Below are positions 12,859 through 22,426 of a stretch of 24,381 nucleotides of DNA, in pieces. Each line of letters starts with the position of its first letter. Within the stretch, counting starts at the first letter, position 1. The DNA lies in IMG/VR virus record IMGVR_UViG_2531839666_000027; one strand, 5' to 3'. Source of the stretch: a virus. Its lineage: Duplodnaviria; Heunggongvirae; Uroviricota; Caudoviricetes. Under the pieces are notes generated by a model. It was not told where the DNA came from and searched no databases. It saw nothing but the letters and a program-made list of their open reading frames with translations. Position numbers and translations under genes: made by a program.

Positions 12859-13386
12859 CTAGAGACTCTCTCCTTCCTCATCAGGAATTAATTCAGCAGC
12901 ACAAGCCTCGTAGGATTTTTCCTGAAGAGTGTATCGCAGGTCATCAATGGCCTGCTGTACAACGCCGACGGCCTGAGGAGTCAGGGCGCAATCGCGTTCA
13001 AGAACATCCGGAATTGTCTCCAGAACCTGGACGACAGCCTTTCTCATGGACGAATAGACGATGACTACTTCATCAACGGGGATGAGTTTTCGCTGCTCCT
13101 TTTCCAGCTTGATCCTTTCATTTTCAGATTGGTACCAGTCCTTTCTCTCTTTCGGCTCCATACGGGATGGATCATGAACAGAGTCTGCTGCCTCATGCTT
13201 CACACTAAACAGGGCTGGCCCGACATGCTGCAGGGCGTAAACGGGGTTCCCCCTGATAGTCGCAGCCACAGGAGTGTTGGCCGCGAGGAGCCGTTTTTTT
13301 ACTGTGTCCCGGTGAAGCCCAAAGGCCTCAGCGATTTTAAAAACACTCCAGTAATAAGCATCACCGATCCCGCTCACATTTGACAT
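12859..13386 (-). CDS. terminase small subunit (Nu1-like, HTH DNA-binding)
   Basis: ORF 12859..13416; preferred start ATG 13386 (MSNVSGIGDAYYWSV...) has GGAG 8 nt upstream; sits immediately upstream of the large terminase and downstream of the cos-like site. Confidence 0.75.
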   Translation of the reverse strand: MSNVSGIGDAYYWSVFKIAEAFGLHRDTVKKRLLAANTPVAATIRGNPVYALQHVGPALFSVKHEAADSVHDPSRMEPKERKDWYQSENERIKLEKEQRKLIPVDEVVIVYSSMRKAVVQVLETIPDVLERDCALTPQAVGVVQQAIDDLRYTLQEKSYEACAAELIPDEEGESL

Positions 13387-13564
13387 AAGCAACTCCATCT
13401 GGCAGGTGAAAATCATGTTTATTTATATATTTCAATTAATTGCAAACTGGTCTAATGACAGGGAGAAAAAAATATTGTACAGGTGAAAAGAGAAATAACT
13501 TTTAATTATCAATAAATTACCAAACATGCTGCCGCCGCCATGGAAATGCAAAAACTAGCCTTTT

Positions 13565-13590
13565 TCCGCGACGCTCCCGCCCCGTGGCAG
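13565..13590 (-). other. putative cos site (cosN-like cohesive-end region)
   Basis: Minus strand reads ACGGGGCGGGAGCGTCGCGG, closely resembling recalled lambda cosN ACGGGGCGGCGACCTCGCGG, about 190 bp upstream of the small terminase start as in lambda. Confidence 0.45.
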
Positions 13591-13610
13591 GGGCCCCCAC
13601 CGGGAGGACC

Positions 13611-13633
13611 CGACAGCCTGACAGCCTGACAGC
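13611..13633. repeat. short tandem repeat (GACAGCCT)x2.9 beside the cos-like site
   Basis: Directly visible: gacagcctgacagcctgacagcc. Confidence 0.6.
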
Positions 13634-13770
13634 CGTGATGAGCATCTGATACAGCGCTTTACATAATGGCATAGGAATAATTCAGAAGGACATCACAGCA
13701 TGCCCACACAAATTAGTGTGAGTGTCCTGTTTCTTCCTACGCACAGGACTGACGAGCATGAGGGGAAAAT

Positions 13771-13938
13771 ATGCGAACCATAAATGCCTCATCTTCAGCA
13801 ATGCAACCGGCATCCGAACAGGACGATATTGTAAATTCACCTAATTACGAGGACATTGCAGTAGTTGAATTGCAGCTCTGTATTAGCCTGACAGTGACAG
13901 AATGCGATATTGACTCTGTCACAGGTGAAATAGTTTGA
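13771..13938 (+). CDS. hypothetical small acidic protein (55 aa), absent from the ORF track because it is under 60 aa
   Basis: ATG 13771 preceded by GAGGGGAAAAT (good RBS spacing); reads MRTINASSSAMQPASEQDDIVNSPNYEDIAVVELQLCISLTVTECDIDSVTGEIV to TGA 13936-13938. No homology recognised. Confidence 0.25.
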   Translation: MRTINASSSAMQPASEQDDIVNSPNYEDIAVVELQLCISLTVTECDIDSVTGEIV

Positions 13939-13958
13939 ATGATTAGCAGTTATGGTGC

Positions 13959-14165
13959 TCAGTCAACCACCAGGGAATAATCCTTCGAATTCTTATCGTG
14001 CTTCACCAACGCTGCCTCAATTGCCCTGAATGCTTCCAGAGACACCTGATGTTCTATACATGCAATTACAACATCCGGGTAACTCATAGAAATGGTGCTA
14101 TTAAGCATATTTTTTACACGAATCAGATCCAACGAGAGTTCATCAGCAGATTGTTCTTTATTCAT
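13959..14165 (-). CDS. ynfO: small prophage protein, YnfO-like
   Basis: 68-aa [23 protein letters not shown]...; ATG 14165 with GGAG 8 nt upstream; position matches the Qin-type order. Confidence 0.6.
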   Translation of the reverse strand: MNKEQSADELSLDLIRVKNMLNSTISMSYPDVVIACIEHQVSLEAFRAIEAALVKHDKNSKDYSLVVD

Positions 14166-14465
14166 TTTGTCGCTCCATGCGTTTGCTCGTCATCTAGCGG
14201 TTGAAATATTACTTCAAATCTTACTGCATAAAAGAGGAAAAGTATGAAAGTTTGAGTACATCGACCTTACATACATCTGTCGGTTGCATATCCCTCCTGG
14301 ATGCCAGCAAGGCTCAATTTTGTTACGCAATCAACACTATTCATCAAAAACAGGCTTAATATTTGACATAAATCATCAACAAAACACAAAGAGGTCAGAC
14401 CAGATTGAAACAATAAACACGATAATGCTAACTACGCGCCATCGTATCACATGGAAGGTTTACCA

Positions 14466-14876
14466 ATGGCTCAGGCTGCCATTTTTAAAGAAATATTCGA
14501 TCAAGTGCGTAAAGATTTAAACTGTGAATTATTTTATTCTGAGCTAAAACGTCACAATGTCTCACTTTATATTTACTATTTAGCCACAGATAATATTCAC
14601 ATTGTGTTAGAAAACGACAACATAGTGTTAGTAAAAGGACTCAAAAAGGTTGTAAATGTTAAATTCTCCAGAAACAAACATCTTATAGATACCTCCTATA
14701 ATAAGTTGAAATCAAAAGAAATCACATTTCAACAATACAGGGAAAATCTTGCTAAAGCAGGAGTTTTCCGATGGGTTACAAATATCCAGGAACACCAAAG
14801 ATATTACTATGCCTTTGATAACTCATTACTATTTACTGAAAGCATCCAGAAAACTACACAGATCTTACCACGCTAA
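14466..14876 (+). CDS. ydfO: DUF1398-family prophage protein, YdfO-like
   Basis: ORF 14451..14876; preferred start ATG 14466 ([18 protein letters not shown]...) has GGAAGG 7 nt upstream. Confidence 0.7.
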   Translation: MAQAAIFKEIFDQVRKDLNCELFYSELKRHNVSLYIYYLATDNIHIVLENDNIVLVKGLKKVVNVKFSRNKHLIDTSYNKLKSKEITFQQYRENLAKAGVFRWVTNIQEHQRYYYAFDNSLLFTESIQKTTQILPR

Positions 14877-15027
14877 ACCATAACGTCCGGCTTCTCTCAC
14901 TCCTGAGCCGGACTGCATTGGTTTAATAAAAACCATCAACAATTGTGATTTAGATATTCGGAACCATTCAAATATAACAAAACCCCGTAAAAACGAGGTT
15001 TATGGATAAATTTTATTATTGAATACA

Positions 15028-15203
15028 TCAGATTAAATTAATCTTGACATCATAGCTTTCAAGACCCGTCATTTTTTCCCGTGCGGTAAACTGAATACTG
15101 GTAACTTCTTTCCCGGTCTTTTTCTTAAGTTCAATAATTTTTTTGTTATATATTCAGAAATATCTGCTTCTGCTTTTGTTTTTAAGTTTTCAATATTCAT
15201 CAT
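15028..15203 (-). pseudogene. gnsB: gnsB-like gene with a 1-nt deletion in a poly-A run
   Basis: Hand translation: frame A gives MMNIENLKTKAEADISEYITKK then goes out of frame; frame B continues KKIIELKKKTGKEVTSIQFTAREKMTGLESYDVKINLI*. The two join into a 58-aa Gns-like protein only if the run at 15138-15144 is A8 rather than A7. Confidence 0.6.
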
Positions 15204-15371
15204 TTCCTCTTTTAGTCTGTTATGACTTTCCAGTTACACAGTAAGTCGATTATATGGTGCAAACGTGTAAAAGATAAGATGAAACATCGCAATAATCAAC
15301 ATACGATAGTCTAAATTTTACACAAACAGACAAAGAGAATTTTCCTGAATTATCAATACAATAGCATCAAA

Positions 15372-15527
15372 TCAACTCAAGAGCCTTATTGCTGCTTCCA
15401 GAATTTCTTCTGAAGTAACATGTCGATCCGCGGCTACATAAATGACTTTATGATCTCCGGTCAGAGATGGAAACCCTGCGGCCATTACAGTAAGGTGTGT
15501 TTTTTCGCCATTTGGATATTCACGCAT
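15372..15527 (-). CDS. ynfN: small prophage protein YnfN-like (51 aa)
   Basis: ORF-track 15372..15563; internal ATG 15527 (MREYPNGEKTHLTVMAAGF...) matches my recollection of YnfN. Confidence 0.55.
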   Translation of the reverse strand: MREYPNGEKTHLTVMAAGFPSLTGDHKVIYVAADRHVTSEEILEAAIRLLS

Positions 15528-15640
15528 GATGGTGTTAACTCCAGTCATCGCTGGCACTACCACTGCTGGTTCAGAGTTAAAAAAACTATGATTTTTTCAT
15601 GATGTTACCGTAGTATGTGAGTATCCATCGAATAGATACC

Positions 15641-15666
15641 AAGCAAAAAAGCTCCCGAAGGAGCCT
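15641..15666 (-). terminator. putative intrinsic terminator (hairpin GCTCC-CGAA-GGAGC with a T-tract on the minus strand)
   Basis: plus aagcaaaaaagctcccgaaggagccttcattttcactttttt; the minus strand reads the hairpin followed by TTTTTTGCTT. Confidence 0.4.
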
Positions 15667-15871
15667 TCATTTTCACTTTTTTAAATCCAACGACAGACGG
15701 CTGGCATTTAAGTATTGTGAAATATTATCAAATGTAATCATCATTGATTTACAAAAGATACATTTTGCCCCGAAAGGATTCATGTCAGAAACATCAAAAG
15801 ATGATGTTCTATACTGGGAACCATGACAACACGGGCATCTAAAGTGAATATGGTTTGTAATATTGTCTACC

Positions 15872-16084
15872 TCAAAGCGCCACTACATGAACAGCGGCAG
15901 GACCTTTAGGTCCGTTCTCAATACCAAATTCAACTTCCTGATTCTCAGTTAATGTTTTGAAATCGTTGCTCTGAATTGCTGAGAAATGGACAAACACATC
16001 TTTGCTGCCATCTTTCGGCGTGATGAAACCAAAACCTTTTTCAGGGTTAAACCATTTCACTAAACCAGTCATTTTGTTAGACAT
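15872..16084 (-). CDS. cspI: cold-shock protein (CspA family)
   Basis: 70-aa [41 protein letters not shown]... with RNP1/RNP2 motifs. Confidence 0.9.
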   Translation of the reverse strand: MSNKMTGLVKWFNPEKGFGFITPKDGSKDVFVHFSAIQSNDFKTLTENQEVEFGIENGPKGPAAVHVVAL

Positions 16085-16446
16085 AATTATTACCTTTTGA
16101 AGAAATTAGCCCTTGGGCAGAATGGTCCGAAAAAAAATATCAGAGAGAAAAACCAACAAGGAAATCTCAAGAGGTACAAATAATAAAATTATAACAATGA
16201 CTGCTTCAGATAAATTTGTAACAAACCAGAACACCATTAACGCATGATTAACCACCCATAGCAAGGATTACTTTTGTAAAGAAAAACACAGCAATGAAAG
16301 AATAGCTTTATTTATTAATAAAACGTGTCATTCTGATTAAGACCTTTTATCTTACCCTTAAGATTTCAGGAATTTTGGCTCATGGAAGAGTCCTTTTTAT
16401 TTAAATTTTACATTCCGCGATGTAAATGTTCCGATTTAATATTACC

Positions 16447-17469
<1,023 letters not shown>

Positions 17470-17473
<4 letters not shown>

Positions 17474-17781
17474 ATATATTTATGATGAGGACGCTCGTGC
17501 TTATTGGCAGGATTTTCAATCTTAAAGGAGTACTGATGCTGCAGATAAGACTCAACTTTTTCTGACAATTTTTCTGCTACTTCCAGGAAGACTTGCCGGA
17601 CGCTCCTTCTGGCTGCTGCCTCATAAAACTCCAGCGCAGCTCCTTCAACACGGTCCATGGCGACATCCAGGTCAAAAATTTCACCGTCAAAGCGTTCCTT
17701 GTCCTGTAAGGCTACAGTTACCGTAACTTTATTCTCAAAATTACGGACTCCTTTCACAACCAGTTCATAGTCTTGAGTCAT
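17470..17781 (-). CDS. ydfR: DUF1327-like prophage protein YdfR
   Basis: 103-aa ORF between holin and endolysin, as in the Qin-type lysis cassette. Confidence 0.75.
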
Positions 17782-17785
17782 TGGA

Positions 17786-18001
17786 TTACTCTCCTCTCGC
17801 AGCCTTACGCCTGTCTTCTTTAATCTTGAAATAAAGATTTGTCAGATACGTCAGCAGGCCAAAAACCAGGCTACCCAGCACACCGATTGCAGCCCACTGT
17901 GACGGAGTTACTTTATCGAGTAACTGTAATGCCCAGAAACCAGCATTACCCGCCGATGTGCCATAGGCAACACCTGTTGTTAACTTATCCATTGATTTCA
18001 T
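17786..18001 (-). CDS. essQ: class II pinholin (S21-like) with dual-start motif MKSM
   Basis: [71 protein letters not shown]: two TM segments, charged C-terminus, Met1-Lys-Ser-Met4 dual start; ORF-track frame begins further upstream at 18079. Confidence 0.85.
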   Translation of the reverse strand: MKSMDKLTTGVAYGTSAGNAGFWALQLLDKVTPSQWAAIGVLGSLVFGLLTYLTNLYFKIKEDRRKAARGE

Positions 18002-18221
18002 ATCCTCACCCCGATGTACACGGATGGTGCAATATGTTTGAAAAAGATCGGAGTCTACGGGGTAGTTTTGACAGCACACGTTGTTCTCAACGGCGCTAAA
18101 GAAACATACACATTAAAAATGTGAGTAATTATTTTGAAAGAAAGTCATATATAAAATAATAATACGAGAAATGTTTTCATATTTAGTGTACTGTATACGG
18201 CCATTTATACAGGAAAAGCCT

Positions 18222-18392
18222 ATGTCAGAACGTAAAGACTCAAAATCACGCCGTAATTATCTCGTTAAATGTTCCTGCCCAAACTGCACCCAAGAGTCAG
18301 AACACAGTTTTTCAAGAGTACAAAAAGGTGCCCTTTTGATCTGCCCTCATTGCAACAAAGTATTCCAGACAAATCTTAAAGCTGTAGCCTGA
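18222..18392 (+). CDS. small Cys4 zinc-ribbon protein (56 aa), hypothetical
   Basis: ATG 18222 preceded by AGGAAAAGCC; contains CSCPNC...CPHC; ORF-track frame 18171..18392. Confidence 0.45.
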   Translation: MSERKDSKSRRNYLVKCSCPNCTQESEHSFSRVQKGALLICPHCNKVFQTNLKAVA

Positions 18393-18445
18393 TTGATTTT
18401 ATTAGTAACAAGTATTTTTATATTTTAATAATATATTTAAAGCAG

Positions 18446-18470
18446 ATAATAAAAAACCCGCCTGAGCGGG
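18446..18470. terminator. putative intrinsic terminator hairpin CCCGC-CTGA-GCGGG (T-tract strongest on the minus strand)
   Basis: plus ataataaaaaacccgcctgagcgggtttgag. Confidence 0.4.
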
Positions 18471-18754
18471 TTTGAGATTGTGGTGCTTTTTGTGGGAGTC
18501 ATCCACTTACGCACTTTGTTTTGCGATGCCAGCAGTTAGCTTCTGCTGTGAAACTATTCATGCAGCAAACCTGCACTTCACCACAATGGTTAGCATACTT
18601 TTCCTGATTAAGATTTTGCCAAATATGCTAGCCATTGTTTCATGTATTGGACCTCCTTACTTTTTATTAAAGAGATCCAATATTCACTACTCTGTCCGTA
18701 TCTCTACTCAGGCATCAGCCTTCTTCGTTATCGTATACAGACGAGCGATGAATT

Positions 18755-18970
18755 TTAATCAGTAATGATGACATTTGCTGCTGCAGGACCTTTAGCACCA
18801 CTCTCTATAGAGAAGGTAACCTTTTGACCTTCAAATAAGGTTCGATAATTATCATTCTGAATCGCAGAAAAATGCACAAACACATCTTTACTACCATCAA
18901 CAGGAGAAATAAAGCCGAAACCTTTATCAGCGTTAAACCATTTTACTAAACCAGTCATTTTATTTGACAT
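18755..18970 (-). CDS. cspB: cold-shock protein (CspA family)
   Basis: 71-aa [41 protein letters not shown]... Confidence 0.9.
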   Translation of the reverse strand: MSNKMTGLVKWFNADKGFGFISPVDGSKDVFVHFSAIQNDNYRTLFEGQKVTFSIESGAKGPAAANVIITD

Positions 18971-19280
18971 TCTACATTCCTTAACTTGAGCCTTTCGGCA
19001 TAAATGGTTTGCATAACAGAAACGACTTCGTACTTAATTGGAGAGACTCAAAGAAGGAATAAGTGAATAACACCTGAAATGAGAACTGCTTTAGTAAACT
19101 ACTTCGTATATCGTCTGTTCTTCAAACCGACGCAGTCATTAACTCATAGTTGAACATATGAAGCAATGTTTATTTTAGACATCCAGCCACCTTCAATCCT
19201 ATCAAAAAAGTAGTTTTCTCCAGGAACGTGTGTATGGTGCACCAGGTTATCAGTATTAAGGAGTTTTTCTGTCCCCTAAA

Positions 19281-19480
19281 ATGACAGGAATTGTCAAAAA
19301 CTTTGACTACAAAAGCAGCAAAGGTCTTATATTCCCATCCGATGGCGTATCGATGCCCAGCTTCACGTTTCAGCTCTCAATCTTCGAGATGCAGAAGAAA
19401 TTACCACAGGATTACGCGTGGAATTTTGCTGGATAAATGGTTCGCGTGGACCTTCAACTGCCAATGTTTATCCCGGGATG
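19281..19480 (+). pseudogene. cspF: cspF-like cold-shock paralog relic: frameshift after codon 23 and loss of the normal stop
   Basis: ATG 19281 gives [22 protein letters not shown] then goes out of frame; the continuation ...[42 protein letters not shown] is in another frame and reads on into ORF 19418..19747. Confidence 0.5.
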
Positions 19481-19515
19481 AGATTCAATATCTCTATTGC
19501 CCCATTTAAAGCACA

Positions 19516-19549
19516 AAAACCCGCTTATAAGCGGGTTTTCTACTTTTTT
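19516..19549. terminator. bidirectional intrinsic terminator between convergent cspF-like and Q; candidate tR' of the late operon
   Basis: aaaaacccgcttataagcgggttttctactttttt: 8-bp GC-rich stem with T-tracts on both strands. Confidence 0.6.
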
Positions 19550-19585
19550 CTAAACGTCGGATACACAAAGCCCATCGTTGAGAAA

Positions 19586-19613
19586 ATCTTATCCATGTTT
19601 TTGAAAAATGCAA
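19586..19613 (-). promoter_or_regulatory. candidate Q-dependent late promoter (PR'-like): TTGCAT-16 nt-TAAGAT on the minus strand
   Basis: Hexamers read from the minus strand just downstream of Q and upstream of the terminator; placement follows lambdoid Q-PR'-qut-tR' architecture. Weak by sequence alone. Confidence 0.25.
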
Positions 19614-19644
19614 ACATCATGTCGCCATCTTCAGCAAAAATCAT

Positions 19645-20394
19645 TTATCTCGTCACCTTCCTCAATTGCGCTTCCGCGTATGCTTCTTCCTGCCAGCACT
19701 TTGTTACCAGTTTACCAATGACGTCCGCATACCCCTTATACCACTGATAATCGGTCAGGTCTGGTACCAGCTTCTGGACATGACGTCGTGCCAGCGTGGT
19801 CGGTAAACGACTAAACCGGTTTCCATTACAACGCCCACAAATCTTATATACCGGTACGCCATGAAACCGGTTCTTTTTCATCCAGAACAATCCCTTTACC
19901 CTTACACCCTCTGCACGCTGTGCTGACTTCGCCCTTACCATGGCAATGCTGACATAGTTCCTTCACCCATTCTTCCTTGATTACAGATTCCCCGCGTCTG
20001 TAGTGTTTCACCACTTCGCGCAATACATTATAAAATCCCGTACCTGAACAATGCTCACAGCGAGCCTTACTTGCCGCAGACCTGGAGTAATCAGCAAAGG
20101 CAAAATTCACGAGGTAAGGAATAATCTGTAACCGGATTTCTTCACTCAATTTGTTCAATGTCGGGTTATCCAGTGCCATCGCGTAATTTAGCAGGCCTTC
20201 AATCGCAAACTGAGCGTCCTGAACACCAACTTTTGCCAGAAATAAGGCCAACCCAAGTGGTGCTTTCGACTGCACCATCCCCTGCGCTGCCATTACATCC
20301 GTAATTGTTAAACAACCGGTGCCTGTCGCTGGAGCGTCATCGCTCAATTTTGGAGATTTTGGGGAGTAATATTTTGGTAAGGCTTCAAGGTTCA
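19645..20394 (-). pseudogene. quuQ: late antiterminator Q, split by a frameshift at an A5 run (19874-19878)
   Basis: Starts MNLEALPKYYSPKSPKL... at ATG 20394; frame 1 ends ...CRGCKGKGIVLDEKEPVSWRTGI*, frame 2 continues ...NRFHGVPVYKICGRCNGNRFSR...QLRKVTR*. An A4 run would give one continuous Q protein of about 250 aa with Cys-rich zinc-binding motifs. Confidence 0.65.
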
Positions 20395-20407
20395 TGCTCG
20401 TTCTCCA

Positions 20408-21495
20408 CTTACGCCAGTACGCCAATTGCCAGCGCGCGATCGATAAAACGAATATCAGCTCCAGTTGGGAGCCATACTTCTCTTCAAATGCCACTGTATC
20501 CGTATGCAGCTCGTTGTGATGCTTTCTGCACAAAGGCAACACAAAGAGATCATGTGCTTTTGTTCCCATTCCGCCCTGCCCGTGACCAATCAGATGATGC
20601 GGATCGTCGGCTGGCATACCGCAGCAAGCACACGGCTGTGTCTTAACCCAACGTGTGTATTTCTCCTTAACCCAGCGGCGACGTTTAGGCAGCTTCATGA
20701 AAGATTCCGGAGACTCTGGATCAACGGTGATGCTTACCACCGTCTTTTCCTGTGGTGTTTTTGTTGCTGGTGGGCGTAAGGCAACGGTGCAAGATTTTTT
20801 GTGCGTTGTTTCAATATGCTGGTGGCGGTCTGCTCTCCCGGTACGATGTCGCTTTCGCGGTACACCGAGCAGATTTTTTCCGCTGGTAATCCCAGCGAAC
20901 GACGCGATACAGCCTCAGGTAGTGCATCCACCACCTGATTGCAGACCGCCCACCAGGATAATTCAGCCAAAGATAATTCCCGCTCCTGCGTACCGCTTAT
21001 TGCGTGACGGATGACGTCAATCACCCATGCTGTCAGATTTTGTTGAGCAAGCAGCTCCAGTGATTCCGATGTCTGGTCACGCAGTTGGTTGTCGCAGTGC
21101 CAACACAACACCATTGCGCCGGTACCATAACGGTGAATGACTGTTTCAGAGTGATGGTAATCGCCATTAGGCCACTGGCAGGATGTAACATGACGTAATA
21201 GCCAGTCAGACAATGCGCCAACACCGCCAGCAGCACGAATCACCCGTTCGTTACTAAAAAACGGCAGCAATGTTTTGTCTTCCGCCAGCGACTGGCGAAC
21301 GGCAGGAACGACTCCGGATGGCAGATTACGCATGCTTTTTGGTTCCGGTTCCACCAGCACTCGAGGATTATGAAATATCTGTATGGATTCACGGCCCGGC
21401 TTAAGGACCACCAGCCCAAGCTCAGGCACCAGAACAGGTCTAAGTAATACCCGCACGTTACCTCCAGATCCGTTGCTGGAAAGTGCGGGACGCAC
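20408..21495 (-). pseudogene. ydfU: DUF968-family protein with C-terminal HNH-like motif (YdfU-like), carrying at least two frameshifts
   Basis: Three frames carry consecutive pieces: ...ILKQRTKNLAPLPY..., then ...TPQEKTVVSITVDPESPESF...CACCGMPADDPHHLIGHGQGG...CRKHHNELH...ELIF, then RFIDRALAIGVLA* (TAA 20410..20408). As sequenced, the reading frame runs straight into Q. Confidence 0.55.
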
Positions 21496-21736
21496 GTGGT
21501 GGGCGTTCGGAGTAAGGCAATCTGACTGAGATTATCCAGTGACGGTAGTCGAGGCTAAGGGCTTTCTTAACCTCGTATCCGCGCCTGCGGTAACACTGAA
21601 TTATCCATTCAGCCTGCTCTTCAGTGCATGGAGGGTGTTGGAACCATTCAGACTTGAATGCGTGAGAATACCGCTCGTGCGTGCAGACAAGAACGGGCGA
21701 ATTATCAGAATTGTAATATTTTACGTTGCGTGCCAT
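21458..21736 (-). CDS. hypothetical protein (92 aa); may be the true N-terminal portion of the ydfU-like gene
   Basis: ATG 21736 with GGAG 9 nt upstream; MARNVKYYNSDNSPVLVCTHERYSHAFKSEWF...; overlaps the next frame by 38 bp, and that frame lacks an ATG for its first 53 codons. Confidence 0.45.
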   Translation of the reverse strand: MARNVKYYNSDNSPVLVCTHERYSHAFKSEWFQHPPCTEEQAEWIIQCYRRRGYEVKKALSLDYRHWIISVRLPYSERPPRASRTFQQRIWR

Positions 21737-21802
21737 CGGTTTTCTCCGGTGGCACGGTGTTACTCAGCGGGAGTTCAGCCCCGCGCAAGATTGTAGATGA
21801 GT

Positions 21803-22054
21803 TTATTCTTCTGCAAAAGCTAAAAAGCCTGCTTTTATTCCGATCTCTTTCAGTGCCTGTAATGAAGTGACAAACTCACCTTCGCGCAAGATAAATCCGT
21901 CTGTCACTCGACCATCCACAAAATTAATTAACGCAGCCCCATTCTTTCGCAAACACATAATGCGGTAATGACTAACAAGATTTCCATTTTCAACGCACAC
22001 AGCATAGAGGCCATCTTCACAAAAAATTTTACGCAATTCTTCGATGTTCATCAT
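21803..22054 (-). CDS. rem: small prophage protein Rem-like (83 aa)
   Basis: 83-aa ORF MMNIEELRKIFCEDGLYAVCVENGNLV...; position between hokD and ydfU as in Qin. Confidence 0.7.
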   Translation of the reverse strand: MMNIEELRKIFCEDGLYAVCVENGNLVSHYRIMCLRKNGAALINFVDGRVTDGFILREGEFVTSLQALKEIGIKAGFLAFAEE

Positions 22055-22170
22055 CAGAATCCTTCCGGATAATTAGCTCTCCCCTTTAAGGGACCATCCC
22101 TCTTATCCCTGCGCGCTACTTAAGTATTTTTGATTCTATTCCGGCACCGTCCAGAACTTCAAACGCGTTG

Positions 22171-22202
22171 AAAATAAAAACAAAAACCCGCCGAAGCGGG
22201 TT
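22171..22202 (-). terminator. intrinsic terminator downstream of hokD (stem CCCGC-TTCG-GCGGG followed by a T-tract on the minus strand)
   Basis: plus aaaataaaaacaaaaacccgccgaagcgggtt; the minus strand reads hairpin then TTTTTGTTTTTATTTT. Confidence 0.6.
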
Positions 22203-22270
22203 AAGTGCGGGTGCGTTGAGGATGCCTGCCACATCAGAGGTGGCGAGGGATTTCTCCCTCGCCGGGTTTC

Positions 22271-22426
22271 TTACTCCTCAGGTTCGTAAGCTGTGAAGAC
22301 AGCGACCTCCGTCTGGCCGGTTCGGATTCGTACCTCGCAGAGGTCTTTCCTCGTTACCAGTGCCGTCACTATGACGGTTAAACAGATGACGATCAGGGCG
22401 ATTAACATCGCCTTTTGCTGCTTCAT
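22271..22426 (-). CDS. hokD: Hok-family membrane toxin (type I toxin), 51 aa
   Basis: MKQQKAMLIALIVICLTVIVTALVTRKDLCEVRIRTGQTEVAVFTAYEPEE: single TM plus conserved Hok C-terminus; ATG 22426..22424; ORF-track frame extends upstream to 22483. Confidence 0.85.
   Translation of the reverse strand: MKQQKAMLIALIVICLTVIVTALVTRKDLCEVRIRTGQTEVAVFTAYEPEE

Noticed and set aside
12376-13064. Plus-strand ORFs 12376..12588 and 12432..13064 (210 aa)
   Set aside because: Antisense to the large and small terminase genes, with no RBS or recognisable features.
14284-14520. ORF 14284..14520 (+) overlapping the ydfO start
   Set aside because: Overlaps the better-supported ydfO frame; composition looks non-coding.
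17555-17555. TTG start at 17555 for the endolysin (ORF-track start)
   Set aside because: It would add a 35-aa extension overlapping ydfR ahead of the SAR helix; the ATG at 17473 with ATGA coupling is the credible start, which implies a frameshift instead.
20305-21236. Plus-strand ORFs 20305..20646, 20465..20779, 20655..21014 and minus ORF 21033..21236
   Set aside because: Alternative-frame or antisense ORFs within the Q and ydfU coding region.
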